Source: Moniliella sp. 'wahieum' (Eukaryota). From it: a DNA stretch of 64,000 bases. The notes under the pieces are model-generated. The model was not told the DNA's origin and ran no database searches. It was given only the letters and a program-made list of their open reading frames with translations. The translations under genes were made by a program, and so were the position numbers. Positions 1-14,400 of this stretch are shown one piece after another (the stretch's first letter is position 1; each line of letters starts with the position of its first letter). The stretch spans positions 124,001-188,000 of the forward strand of contig RSEE01000003.1 in the NCBI GenBank assembly GCA_003971905.1, in the 5' to 3' direction.

Positions 1-7
1 TGCAGGA

Positions 8-31
8 TCACCGGTTCACCGGTCACCGGTC
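8..31. repeat. (ACCGGTC)n-type heptamer array, intergenic
   Basis: tcaccggttcaccggtcaccggtca; related arrays at ~4378, 7409, 8128, 42337, 44496 and 56892. Confidence 0.8.
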
Positions 32-208
32 ATCGACCATCGATCATTCATCATCGAGGTAGGCTCATCGGTACCAGTGCGCCAGCCCCTTATTATAGCA
101 CCTCGATAACCAAGCGGACACCTGCGCCGGAACCCACCTTTGATTAGACAGACATCTGGCCCGCAGCCCGCCGTCCCAAGTGGCCACTACCGCCTCCCTA
201 CCATAGCT

Positions 209-1050
209 ATGTCTGCGCCAGATCCCACGAATGATCCCCTCACCTCTGTTAGAACCGATACGGGCGAGAGAGGAGAACGACGCGCATCAGGACGAGCCGG
301 TCATCTAGCGGTCATCTAGCGGCCATCTAGTATAGCTCAAAAAGCAGGTGGAGACCAAGATGTTTGAGGAGGATGAGAATGTTGTGTTCAAGATGTAAGT
401 GTCGCCCTGTCCATGCTGGCTCGCAGGCCTGACAATGACGAACCAATCCCCTTCCTGCCATCCTCCATTCACAGGCATCACAGCTGCGCTATAAATTAAA
501 CTATTTCGTTTCGACTCTGAGGGCAAGCAGTGGAAAGAGCGTGGGACAGGCGACGTACTAACGCCTGCTTCAGTACAGGCAACCCAGCAACAGCCGTGTT
601 GTGATGCGTGGTGTCAAGAGCCTTCAACTCGCAAACCGCTACAGTACCATACCATGTTTTGTTGCGTTTAAAGTACGCGGGGCGTTTTGCTGACCCGCAT
701 TCTCCCCACTCCCGATATTGCGCGCTCAAACCCGATGTCTCTTCGGACCGTTGGTGGGTGTACAATGCGGCGGCCGTCGTGTATGGTGGTGAACCACAGT
801 CCGTGAGGCCGGCGATCCGCTTTGCCAATACGAAAAGTAGGTGATTCCGATCACGGTTTATGAGCTGTACTGTGACCTTTCCCCCCAATCAGATGCTCAA
901 GGGTTCCAGACGGTATTCAAACAGATTCAGAAAGGGGAAAGCTCTAGTCATTGAGAAGAAGAGTAAGTAGGTGCCTCAGGAAGAGGCCAAGGGCGATGAG
1001 GAGGAGGCTAAGGAGCCAAGCGAAAGGAGGCAAAGTCGACGGGATCGCAT
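209..1050 (+). pseudogene. YRB1: Degenerate Ran-binding protein 1 (Yrb1/RanBP1) gene relic with introns
   Basis: Manual translation gives EPVI*...KQVETKMFEEDENVVFKM, a GTAAGT donor (~385), KLFRFDSEGKQWKERGTGDV, LKPDVSSDRWWVYNAAA...AIRFAN and an acidic tail, i.e. RanBD motifs in order. There is an in-frame TAG within an 11-bp triplication (299-331) and substitutions at usually conserved positions. The 3' end is approximate. Confidence 0.75.
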
Positions 1051-1752
1051 ACGTATTTCGTCCCCCCGTTTGCTCAGTCCTCCTCTCACGCCTACTTTCA
1101 TACGACGTGTTAACGCCCTGCGTTTGTTATTAATGTGATGGTGGAGAACTCGTTGGCTAGAAGGAATGGGGGAGACCGTCGATCCGTGATGCTGACCGTG
1201 CTTGCAACAGCGCTACTATATATGCGGAAGGAGGTGCAGTATAGTATGGGGGAGAGCGAGAGTTGCTCAGTATACTGTGAAGTAAGAACGGTTGCTCCTC
1301 GGGCTAGCGGCAAAAGGGGATGAGAAGGAACGTATGAAAAGATGCACAAAGCGACGGAAAGCAGTGGTGGGTTGAAACGTGGGCTTGAAACGAAAAGCTG
1401 CAAGTGCAAAGTGGGAACGAGTCGTGTCGGGGCCTATCCATGTCTTGAGAAGAGGTCTAATAGGAACGAAATGGCTCTGCAGATTGAAGCTATAACCATC
1501 AATTCAGTGTCTAAAGGGGTTTAATGAGTCACCATAACAAAGGCTAAAAAATAACAGGTAAGAGACCGAATGAGGCAAAGAACGGACAGACAGGAAACGA
1601 TAGAGCATATACATAGCGTAGACGGGGAGATGCGAAAAGCAAAGACGATGAGAAGGTATGCAAGAGATTAAAAGAAGAGAGAGACGAGAGGCAAGGGGAG
1701 CAGCCCTGGGCGGGGGCTAAGAAGACGTATAGTAGTAAGAAAGAGAACCCCC

Positions 1753-3899
<2,147 letters not shown>

Positions 3900-4019
3900 G
3901 GCGTAGGGCGACGTGGGGGGTGGAGGAAAGGGGGCTGATAGATACTGGCCTCGGACACCTGCTTCTATATTCAGGCTAAACCCTGTCGATCCTTGGCGTG
4001 GCTGGAGCTATTGGTGCCT

Positions 4020-4040
4020 ACGTTGAACGTTGAACGTTGA
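4020..4040. repeat. (ACGTTGA)3 heptamer array upstream of GFA1
   Basis: acgttga acgttga acgttga, about 120-140 bp upstream of the GFA1 ATG. Confidence 0.9.
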
Positions 4041-5020
4041 TTAATGATTGAACACCCGTTTGCCGATCTCAATCTCAGATTGCGTATCGATCTTCCGCCG
4101 TGCTGGCCGCCTGCCTGGCGTCCCGCACTGTTTGGCTCCACGCCACTGCACCCGTCTGCGCCTATCGCACCCCCACCGCCAGCACAGGGCGTGTGTGACA
4201 CCAGGCGCATGGCGCCCCTCTTGGCCCAGCAGCCAGGGAAGAGGGGCTGTGCCGGGACGGCCAAGGCGGAGGGCCAGTGCGCTAGTGCGTCCGGCACAGG
4301 TCATCGATCCATCGATCCTCACGCTGTCGCTTGTACTCAGTACTCACTAGCTCACTCGTGACAATCATGAATTACTAGTCACCGTTCACCGGTCACCGGT
4401 CCCCAGTCTAGTCACAGCTACCCATACTCCGTACTCACTGTAGTGGTCACATGAATGACATGGACAGCCCTTCTAACGCCGCCTCCGCGCCCTGCCGCAC
4501 TCCTGCCGCCCCACAACGGGCTTATCGAGGTTGGACGACCGAGGATGTCTGCAACGCCAACAGCTGTTGTCAGCGCCTCGGTAAAGCTCCGCAGCCCATT
4601 TCCGGCGCGCAACGATAGTCGACAGGTCCACAGAAGAGAAGTACCGCCCTACGTCCGCTTTCGCTGCGGTGCAATCAGATCGATGTTCATGGCATTTTTG
4701 TACAGTAGCAATGGCACATCCAGTCGCACACCAGCCGGGCACATGCTGCCGTCATCGGCGCCGACCCTGTGAGAAAGGGCGGGGAAGGACGAACGGCAGG
4801 AGAAGGGAAGGAGACATAGTATGTTTGATCCAAGAGTAGAAGATGGCATGGTAGAGTAGAAGAGAGGGAGAAGATGCGGTATACATAGATGCATGCAAGC
4901 CAGGACATGCACACATGCACATTTTGAAGCCAGTGCGATAGCGGAGGCAAGCAATAGCCCCGGATCAAAAGGAGAAGCCTCCGCTGGACAACAAAGGCGA
5001 GGACAGGCAGCGGTCGGGTC

Positions 5021-7214
5021 TCACGAGCTCTTTTCGCGCAGCGACTCGTGCACGATAAACTCGTTGAGCGCCTTGCCTGCGGCAACCATGGGGAAGACGT
5101 GTTCGGTGCGCGTCACCCGTGCTTCCATAAAGATGGGCTTGTCATTGGGGTAGTTGAGGAACTCGTCCATCTTGGCCGGCAGGTCCGCCGCACTGTCCAC
5201 CCGCAGCGCCTTGATGCCCATCGCCTCGGCCAACTTGACAAAGTTGGGATTGGTCATCTTGGTATGGGCGTACTCGGCATTGTAAACAAGTCTTGCCATT
5301 GCAAACCATGCCTTGGAACTCATTGTTCAACACCAGCACCTTGACCCCAATTCCAAATTCCGCCGCCGTGGCCAGCTCCATGGCCGTCATGGAAAAGGAG
5401 GCATCGCCATCAATGTCCACCACCGTCTTTTCGGCGACGCCACTTTGGCCCCAATCGCCGATGGCACACCAAAGCCCATGGTACCCAGACCGCCAGAGGA
5501 GACCCACGTGTGCGGATTGGTCCATCGGTAAAACTGGCACGCCACATCTGGTGCTGTCCGACGCCCGTGGCAATAATCGTGTCGGCCTTACGCCCAGCTT
5601 TGGCCACCGCCGCATCCAGCGCGGTGATGACCTCTTGCGGCTTCAACATCTCTCCCTTGGTGGGTCGGAGGGAGTATAGGTGAACGGATACCGCTTCTTC
5701 CACGACTGAATCGCACCGAGCCACTGCTCGCGCTCCGACTTGGGAACCGCCTTAATCTCCCCCAACATCTCCCCCAGGTTCTTGACCACGTCGCCCTCAA
5801 TCGCACACGTCGCTTGGATCACCTTGTTGATGTTCTTGGGCATAATCTCAAAGTGAATAATGCCACCGCGACCTTCGACGGCGGCCTTGCGCGCCACGGG
5901 GGCAAACTCGTCCACCCGTCCCGTCACACGGTCGTCAAACCGTGCGCCGAGGGCAATGATCACATCCGCCTCTTGCATCGCCAAGTTGGCATAAGCAGAA
6001 CCGTGCATGCCGAGCATGTGCAGCGACAGTTCGTTCGTCTCTGGGAACGAGCCCAAGCCCTGGAGGGTGGTGGTGACCGGGATGCTGGCCGTCTCAGCAA
6101 GCTGAGCAAGCAAGTTGGGGCCCTCGGGCGAGGACAGAATGCCAGCGCCAGCATAAATGACAGGCCGCTTGGCCTGGTTGATCAGACGAACGGCCTCTTG
6201 CATCTGCGCGCTCAAGGCAGGGGTCGAAGCCGAATGGCGCGGAATCGCACGTCGGGCGGCGGTCGCACGCGAGGGAATGGCCGCCTCGTTGGGGCGGGTG
6301 CTGGAAAAGGGAATCGGGTGCTGGAGCACACCAGCAGTAATGTCTTTGGGCAAGTCCACCAGCACCGGACCCGGTCGGCCCGACGTGGCAATCTTGAACG
6401 CTTCGTTAATCCGACGCGGCAGCTCCTCAACACTCTTGACCATCACGTTCCACTTTGCACGAGCGCGAAATGCCGACCATGTCGGCTTCTTGGAACGCAT
6501 CCGACCCAATCGCACTCGTGGCCACCTGCCCACAAAAGACAACCAGCGGAAGCCCGTCGGACAGAGCGTCCTGCATCGGCGTCACCACATTCGTCGCACC
6601 CGGGCCCGACGTGACCAGCACCACACCCGGCTTGCCCGACCACGAGCGTACCCTTCCGCCATATGACCCGCCCCGTCTTCCCGACGCGGCAAAACAAAGT
6701 CAAAGTAGGGGGACTTGTAGATCGCACTAAAGACGGGCAGCGCAGCGCCACCAGGGTAGCCAAACACGTGCTTGACATTGTGCCGCCGCATCATTTCGTG
6801 GAAAATCTGACCGCCAGTCATACCCACAAAGGAATGATCCAGCTCCTCCTCCTCCGCTGATGGTTCGGGCGCAGGCTCGGGGCTTGAAACGAAGGGGCTG
6901 GCGTGGGACGGGGGTACTCACTGCAACGCACACAGGAACACAAAGGTCAGTACCAGTGCAGACAGAACAGGGCAGAGGCGCCGGAGCACAGACACACTTG
7001 ATGTGCTGCTTGGTGGTCGCAGCAGCAGCCACAGCGTGGGTTTTGGGCGTGGGCGTCGAGAAGGCGCGGCGAACCGAGGTGGGGGGGAGGGCAAGCGCGG
7101 ATGGGAGACGCGGACGAGGACAGGGGCGGGCGGCAGCGGGGGCAAGGGCCGATGTGGGGGCAGCAAGGGCGTGGGCCTGGGCGGCGGCTCGCCTGCCATC
7201 ATCATGGCAGCCAT
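5021..7214 (-). CDS. ILV2: Acetolactate synthase catalytic subunit, mitochondrial
   Basis: [66 protein letters not shown], ThDP motif [14 protein letters not shown]. Ala/Arg/Pro-rich presequence; intron ~6921-6997. Start uncertain (7214 or 7205). Confidence 0.96.
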
Positions 7215-8517
7215 GGGGGGGTGGGGGGGGAAGCGCGAGAGGTGGCGAGGTGGAAGGCAGAAGCGGCGGGGTGTGAGCTGCGGCTGTGGCCGTTAAAAGG
7301 AGCTGCAGCCGCGGCCGGCACGGAGCCAGCCTTCTTTGTCCGCTCGTCGGACTATTTCTTTCTTCGCTTCCCGTCCGTCGTTTTCTTCGCCCGTCGGATG
7401 TGGGGGGGACCGGTGACCGGTGGGCGGTGACGGGTGGCACTGCACCGCACGGAGGCTGCGGAGGCTGTGTCTGACGTCACGCCTCAGACGCCCGGGGATG
7501 GTCGATTGTCGAATGCAGGCCGCCGCGTTCTTCGCTTTTTCACCACTGCCCCCGCGCCACGCCGGCACCGCCTATGCATGACGAGCACAACCCTAGCCCC
7601 TGCGTTTGCCTGGCGGCTTTGGTTTGCTCTGGAAAAGAAACAGCCACTGAGGTAGTACGCAGCCATCTCCATCTGCCTCCTGTGCATCTCCGCCCTCGTC
7701 ACATCCTCCACGGCGGCCGCGCTCTTGCTACCCGAGCCGGACCGGGACTGCGCCTGTGCCAATCCCGAGCGTGCTGAAAGCGGCCGCTTGCGCCGCTCTA
7801 CTCCGCGCCGCCTCAGCTTCGAGTCAGCTCATTATTCGGCCCAGCCTGCTGATGCTGGCGCCCCAGCCCCTCGCTTCCTTGTCCACGTTTCCACGTTTAC
7901 AGACCAGAGCTCAGCCGCTGGGCTCAGCCTGGATTCTCCGGCAACTCCACCGGACGCTGCAGCCTCAGTCATTAATCAACGTAATCGCCATACATCAAGT
8001 CCATGCTGCACGCTTCCTTACCCCTGTGGAGGGCTGGTGTGTCTGTCCATTGCTAGAGATTATGTACCCCCTGTCTGACTGTAATCGATGGAATGGATCC
8101 TCATCGATCAATCAGCGAGAACATCGATCACCGGTCACCGTTCATACTACATGCAGCCTGCTCCTACCCTTTCCTATCCCCGCTCGATCGCGGGGTTGGT
8201 CTCGCTTATTCGGGTGCGCATCCCTGGTGCGCCTCACCGCTGAGCAGGCCAACTAGTCCCTAACCCTCGCCATTTCCGCCCTTCGTACCCCAAGTACAAG
8301 CAACCCTCTCCCACCCGCTCTCCCATGTGAGCCTCTCATGTGATCTCCCATCTCCCCTCGGCCCCCCTCTGGCGACGAATGGCTTCCAACGTTCCATGCG
8401 TTATATGGCAAGGCCCCGCCACGCAGAGATACACAAGGGAAAAAAGCATGGTAGTGACAACGACATACACAGGACATAAAATGGGAAGAGACGAGGAGAG
8501 CGGCGCGGGCGAAGGAC

Positions 8518-10456
8518 CTACTTGGTTTTTTGGGCCTCGGCCTCGGCGGCGCGCGAGCCATAGGGCTTGGCATACGCAATTGCCGCATCGTCCTTGTCCA
8601 CAATGGGCAGCGCGCCCAGACCAAAGATCCGGTTGCCGTACCACTTCCACCACGGCATCGTTGCCGGTACCTGCGCATGGTTGGGCAAGTTGGTGTAGGC
8701 CAAGTCGGACCAGTTGGGGAACGTGAGTCGCCGACGAAGCGCAATCTGACTGTCGGGGTGCATCGCCGTCACACGCCCCTGCGGTCCTTGTACCACGCGC
8801 CACAGTCGAGGTTGAACACAGTCTGCGTCATCTTCTTGCACACCCAGTTCAGGTCGTTCAGTTCGGCCGCCAAGGTTACCTCGACGGTAGGCACTTGGCG
8901 GTCCACAGGCGCCAGACCCGCGTCGTGCTCCCGACTCTGCGGCAAGGGCGAGTGCTTGATCGCACCGCACGTCGGCCCGGGGGCAACAAGAATCGGCTTG
9001 AACACCTCGAGCAAGAAGCGGTACTGCGACTCGGACGTGAAGATGACCCTGGAGATGGAAAGAAAAAAAATAAGAAACAAGGTCAGCAGGAACTCCACCA
9101 GACAAAGCAAGAGAGCGGGCAAGACGTACGAAGTGTGGCCTGTAGCCGAGTTGGCACCCATCAGAATGCCCATGTTGGGGAAGTTGGCTTGCATCGAGGA
9201 CCGGTAGGCATAGTTGGCTCCGCGGCCATAAGTGGCCCAGTGCTGGTGCAACTCCTCGCCATTGCGACCATAGATGAACATGGGGAACCCTGCACGAAGC
9301 ATGGAGAAACCAGTGCACATAATGATCGCATCCGCGTGGATTTGGCGGCCATCCTTGGTTTCGACGTAGTCTTTCCCAATCTTCTGCAGGTTCTCCGGGA
9401 TGAGCTCAATGTTGGGCGCATTGAGACTGGCGAGGTAGTCGTTGTCGAAAATGCGACGCTTGCAGCCAACGACGACTTCCTTGTCGGACGGAATGAGCAG
9501 GTCCCAGTACTTTTTGGGCGCGAGGCGGTGGACATGGGAAATGCAGTAGCGCTTCCACAGCGCGCGCAACAGATTACCAAACTTGCCCAACTTGACCAGG
9601 TTGAAGGTAAACTCGGTGACGAAAAAGACAAGGCTGCGGTTGATCCACATGATGAGCGGCACATGACGAATGAGCCACTTCCATCCGGGAACGTAGTCCT
9701 CCAGCGGGTTGTGAGGCACCGGTGCAATCCAGTGCTTGGAACGGGCAAACTGGGTCAAACTCTTAGCCTCCCGCCGGACAATGGGAACCAATTGGGCAGC
9801 AGTACAGCCATTGCCAACGACAATCACATCCTTGTTCTTCAGATCCACACTGTGGTCCCACCGCTGAGAGTGGAAGATGGGGCCGGTAAACTTCTCGTGG
9901 CCGGGAATGTCGATCTTGTTGGGCTCGCTCAAGCCGCCGACGGCCATGACGAAAATCTTGCTGACGTAGTGGTACTGGGCAGGAGGCGAGCCATCGTTGG
10001 GGGGTTGACATCTTGGGCGATAAAGTGCCAGAGGCCCGTCGCATCGTCAAAGCGCGACTCGAGAACGACCGTGTTTAGGCGGGCACGGGGGGACACATGG
10101 TACTGTCGGCCACCTTCTCAAAGTACGACTTGAGCTCGGCCACACCGGGATGCATCTTGGACCAGTAGGGGTTCTGAGCAAAGGAGTACGAGTAGAGCGC
10201 GGCGGGGATGTCGCAGGCGCACCCGGGGTACGAGTTGACGTGCCATGTGCCCGACAGGCCGTTCTCCTTCTCCAGGATCAAGACATCGGTCACGCCCAGC
10301 TTCTGCTCCAGCTGGATGGTCATGCCAATCGACGACACGCCGCCGCGACAATGACAACCTCGTGGTAGGTGGGGGTGAGGTTGAACGCGTCGGCATGGGG
10401 CGAGTAGGCGGCGGCGACGGGGGCGGGGGTGGGGCGGCGGAGGCGGCGGCAGACAT
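8518..10456 (-). CDS. Flavin-containing Baeyer-Villiger-type monooxygenase
   Basis: GTWHVNSYPGCACDIP..YSYSF, BVMO fingerprint FTGPIFHSQRWD, NADPH-binding VVGNGCTAAQ, GCKRRIFD, DAIIMCTGF. One intron ~9052-9129. Confidence 0.92.
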
Positions 10457-11429
10457 GGGGGTGGGGGTGGTGGCGGAGACAGAGGCTGGGAGGCGATGCG
10501 CGGGGGGGGGGGTGCCTTTTATTGGCCTTCTGGGACGAGTGTGGGTTTGTGCTGGGCCGGGCGGACGCTTTCAGCGGCGGCGGGAGGATGGGCGAGCGGT
10601 GAGCGGGCGGGTGGGTGATGCGTGGGGGCGGGACGTGGCGGGAGGCGCCCACTCTCAGCGCAGGCTCCGCTTGGCTTGCACGCCTCGCCTCGCCTCGCGC
10701 CGCATTCTCGCCGCCGCGTTTTCACCTGCGTGGCCTGTCTGCGTCCAGCCCGGCGGCAGCAGCAGCCACGCTGTCGCGGTGGGAATAATTAATACCGCAG
10801 CCCTGGCCGCCTGAGCACTCAGCGCCGGTGCGTGTGAAAGGCGCCTGGGCCCCAACGCGAACCCAACGGGAATGGGCGCGCCAAACGTGATTAATGAGGC
10901 ACCGCTCCTCATCCATCATCGATGAGCATGCTAACCGCTAACCGCGCGCTGGCGGACGCATTCACTTGACGATCTCGAGTGGATGCAGTCCTGCGCACCC
11001 GCAAAACAACCTATTCGCTCTGCATCCATGCCTTCTTCCCGCTCCTGCCCCAGTGCGGGGCGGGGGGTGTATGTACGCCGCCTCATGAATCCATTCATCT
11101 TCCGAGTGCAAAAGTAGCCCAAGTAGCCCGTCCCACTGGGGTAAACCACGGTACACGCCACATCGGGGTGCGCGTGACAGCGGCCGACAGCCTGCTCGAG
11201 ATCGGCCCACTTGGCATATCCACCTCCTCAGGCTTGCCTGCGTTGAGTCCTTACGCGTTATGCGCGTTATGCCCTTACGGTCCCTGGGCCTCCGATCTGA
11301 GAGCCTGCCATCACCACCTCGTCACTGCTCCCGCCAGCTGAACGTGTTGAAGTTGACTATTCAAATGAATGCTACCACACGAGAGGGACTAAGGATGCCG
11401 GGTGCTGTGGCGCATGCGAATGACAATAC

Positions 11430-14400
11430 CTACAGGTGGTCCTGTACAAACCCATCGCTCTTCCACGGCTCGGCTGCGCGCAACGCGTCGCGTGCCTCGC
11501 GCGCCGTCCGCCACGGCGCCACTCTGCCCCTCCACTCCAGCAGGCGCACCAGCAGCGGCCGCAGCAGCTCGAGGCGCGTCGTCAGCGCATACAGTGCCTC
11601 GGCCGCCCGCACCGCCAGCGCCCGCACCACATGCGCCGCCATGTACGCGTCCGTGTCGGCCACGACGGCCTGCACAATCGCCTGCAGCCGCGCCGCCACC
11701 TCCCCGTCCGCTGCCACATCCGACGCGGCCACCAGCCCCGCCAGCTCGGCCACCGCGGCCTTCAGAGGCTCCCGCGCGTCCCCAAACGCCGCCTGGCACA
11801 GCTCGCCCACCTGCACCCACGCCTTCTCCGACATGTTCATCCCGGCGCCTTTTCCAGCACCATCACCAGCGCTGTCGCCGCCGATTCGGCGACCAGCTGC
11901 TGGTCCGTAGCCACCGTCCCAAGACCTTGCTCGATGGTTTGCACCAGCTCAGCCACAAACCGGGTCCACGCGCGGCTGGTACAGCATGAGCGTGCCCAAG
12001 CCCTGCGCTGCGCGCGCGTGCGGACGTGGAGGAGCTGGGATCGTTGAGCGCTTTTTGGAAGCTGCGCTGCAGCTGCGGATAGACGGGCGGCACAGCGCCG
12101 GCACACGGTCCAGGATCACCGTCAGCGCCTGCAAGATGGCCTGCTTGACGGCCGGGGTGTGGCGTCGCCAGGCGAATCAAGGGCCCGACCATCGGGATGA
12201 TGTAGGGCTTGACGTTGACCGCGTCGGTGCGTTGCACCAAGTCGGCCAAGCCATAGGCACCTTGTTCCCGCTGCTCGGCCGTGCCGTTGAGCAGGCCGGC
12301 CAAGAAGACGGGGACCAAAGGCGCCACTCCCTTGGGCCGTGAAAACCCCGCGACCGATTCGCCCAAACTGTCCACAATGTGCCGCACCGGTACCACCACC
12401 GTCTCGATTTCTGCCTTGGGAACCGTCTTGAGCACAGCTTCGAGCGCGTGGTGTGCCGCGGCCACGACCGAGTCCTCTGAATCCTCAAACAGGGCCAACA
12501 GCTTGCGAAGCCACAACACCCGGTAATCCTCCAGCGACAGGTGCGCTTGCATCACGCCGGCAAACGTGGCCATAAACGCACAGCCTGTTGCCCGTCGTTC
12601 GGGCGCCGAGCCACCCGCCCCCAAGAAGGAGCATCATGAGCTGGTGCAACCCCTCTCCGTCTCCGACGGAAGCTAAGTTGGCCCGCACTGCTTCTTGAAG
12701 GCTCTCCTGCTCCTCTGTCGGCATGGTGGCCGCATGGCGCTCGAGGGTAACCGCCAAAGCAGTGAGAATGTTGGACAAGACCTGATTCAGCGCCTTCCCC
12801 GACACACTGACCAGCGCCGTCAATGCACGCGCATTGAAGCCTGTGATGGGCTGCTGTGTCAGCGTCGGCACCAGCACGGGGAACACCACCTCGGCCCGGC
12901 GCGCATCACTTCGCGCAGAGCAGCCAGCGCCGTGCCCGACCCAGGGTTTTCCGGGTCGGCCATCGCCTCGAGCAACGTGGGAATTGTATCGCAATGGCTT
13001 TGGCACCCAAGATCTCTTGCGCCGTGTCGAACGCCAATGCGGCCGAGTGCCGCACACCACCTCGGACGAATCAACCAGACCGTGGCGGATGATGGCGATG
13101 ATCGTGCCCTCGTGATCCTCCAGTTGGTCTGCGAAAAAACGTGTCAGTTAATCCACCTTCCCCAACGAAAAAAAACGAACACAAAACGTACTCTTGGTAG
13201 CATGGGTCAGAATGTCATTGACCGCAACGCACACACCCGCACGGACTGGCACCTCATCCGACGTGACCCCACGGTTGCGCAAAATGGGGATCGTGTCCCG
13301 CAAGATGCGTTCACCCAGCTTGCGCACCAGCTCGCCCAGGGTGCGACCAGCAATCTCGCGTTGCTCCACCCCGGCGCCGACAGGAGACCTATGATCATGT
13401 CGATCATCGTTGGCAGAATTTCCCGAGCGGTGCGAGGCGTGTTGATGATGAGCGCTTCCAGGTGTGCACGGCTTGCTGGCGTACCGGCATATACGGGTCT
13501 TGGCGAATGAGGTAAATGGCTGCCAGCACCTTATCCCGCCGCTCGGCACCCAGCGCTTCGTCAACGCCTTGTTGGACACTGTTCCCGCCCGCAGCAGCGG
13601 CCGCTTCCTCGTTGGCGTCGGCATCTTCCAAAACTCATCCGTCTGTTCATCCGCCAGTTCGGCCTTACCCGAAATGCCAGACAGACGGAAGAGAGCAGGT
13701 CGCCCACCAACTGGATCGACGACAAGCGGATCCGCCATTCCTCACAAACATCCCACGCTCCAGCTCGGCAGCAGCAGCTCCATAGCACGTTGCGATGTTG
13801 GCATGATCATCCGTCTGCCGATCGAGGCATCCCGCACACTCTCGGTGCTGTCCGCAATGTCCAACCAGGATGGGAGGAATGATCTTGCCCAGGTGTGGCG
13901 CAAACCGCGAGCCAAACGTAGCCGGCAGGTAGATCGGAGCGAAATGTAGCCGCGCGCACGTACGCTCGGCCACTGGCGGCACTCTGGATAATCTCGGGCA
14001 ACAAGTTTCCATCCGTTCCGTGCCTAGCCCCCGCTAAGATTTCAGCCAAGCCTGGGCTGCGCTTGGCGGTCCACCCCGGATGCATCGGAGCGCAGCACTT
14101 CAGCAAGGAAGGCACCAGGTCAATAAAGGGGCCTCGCCCAACCGCTCCACCAGTCGTGCCCAACGACCGAGCTGCCACCGCGGCCGTTTCGGCAAGGACT
14201 GACCAGGACCGTGCGCAGGAGCGGCATGAGCTGGCGCGTGTACGGAACAAAGCGCGTGAATCAGTCAGGCCGGAAGGTGCCACCAAATGCGCGTCGCATC
14301 CCCCTGCATACTCGCCGCGCGTTCCTTGAGCCCTCGCTCGACGATCGGCATCAACAGCGCCAACGAGGCCGAGTCAATGTAATGCACAAGCTCGTGTTGA

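Noticed and set aside
8518..10456. Secondary-metabolite gene cluster around the monooxygenase
   Set aside because: No PKS, NRPS, terpene synthase, transporter or cluster regulator is nearby; the neighbours are ILV2 and GCN1.
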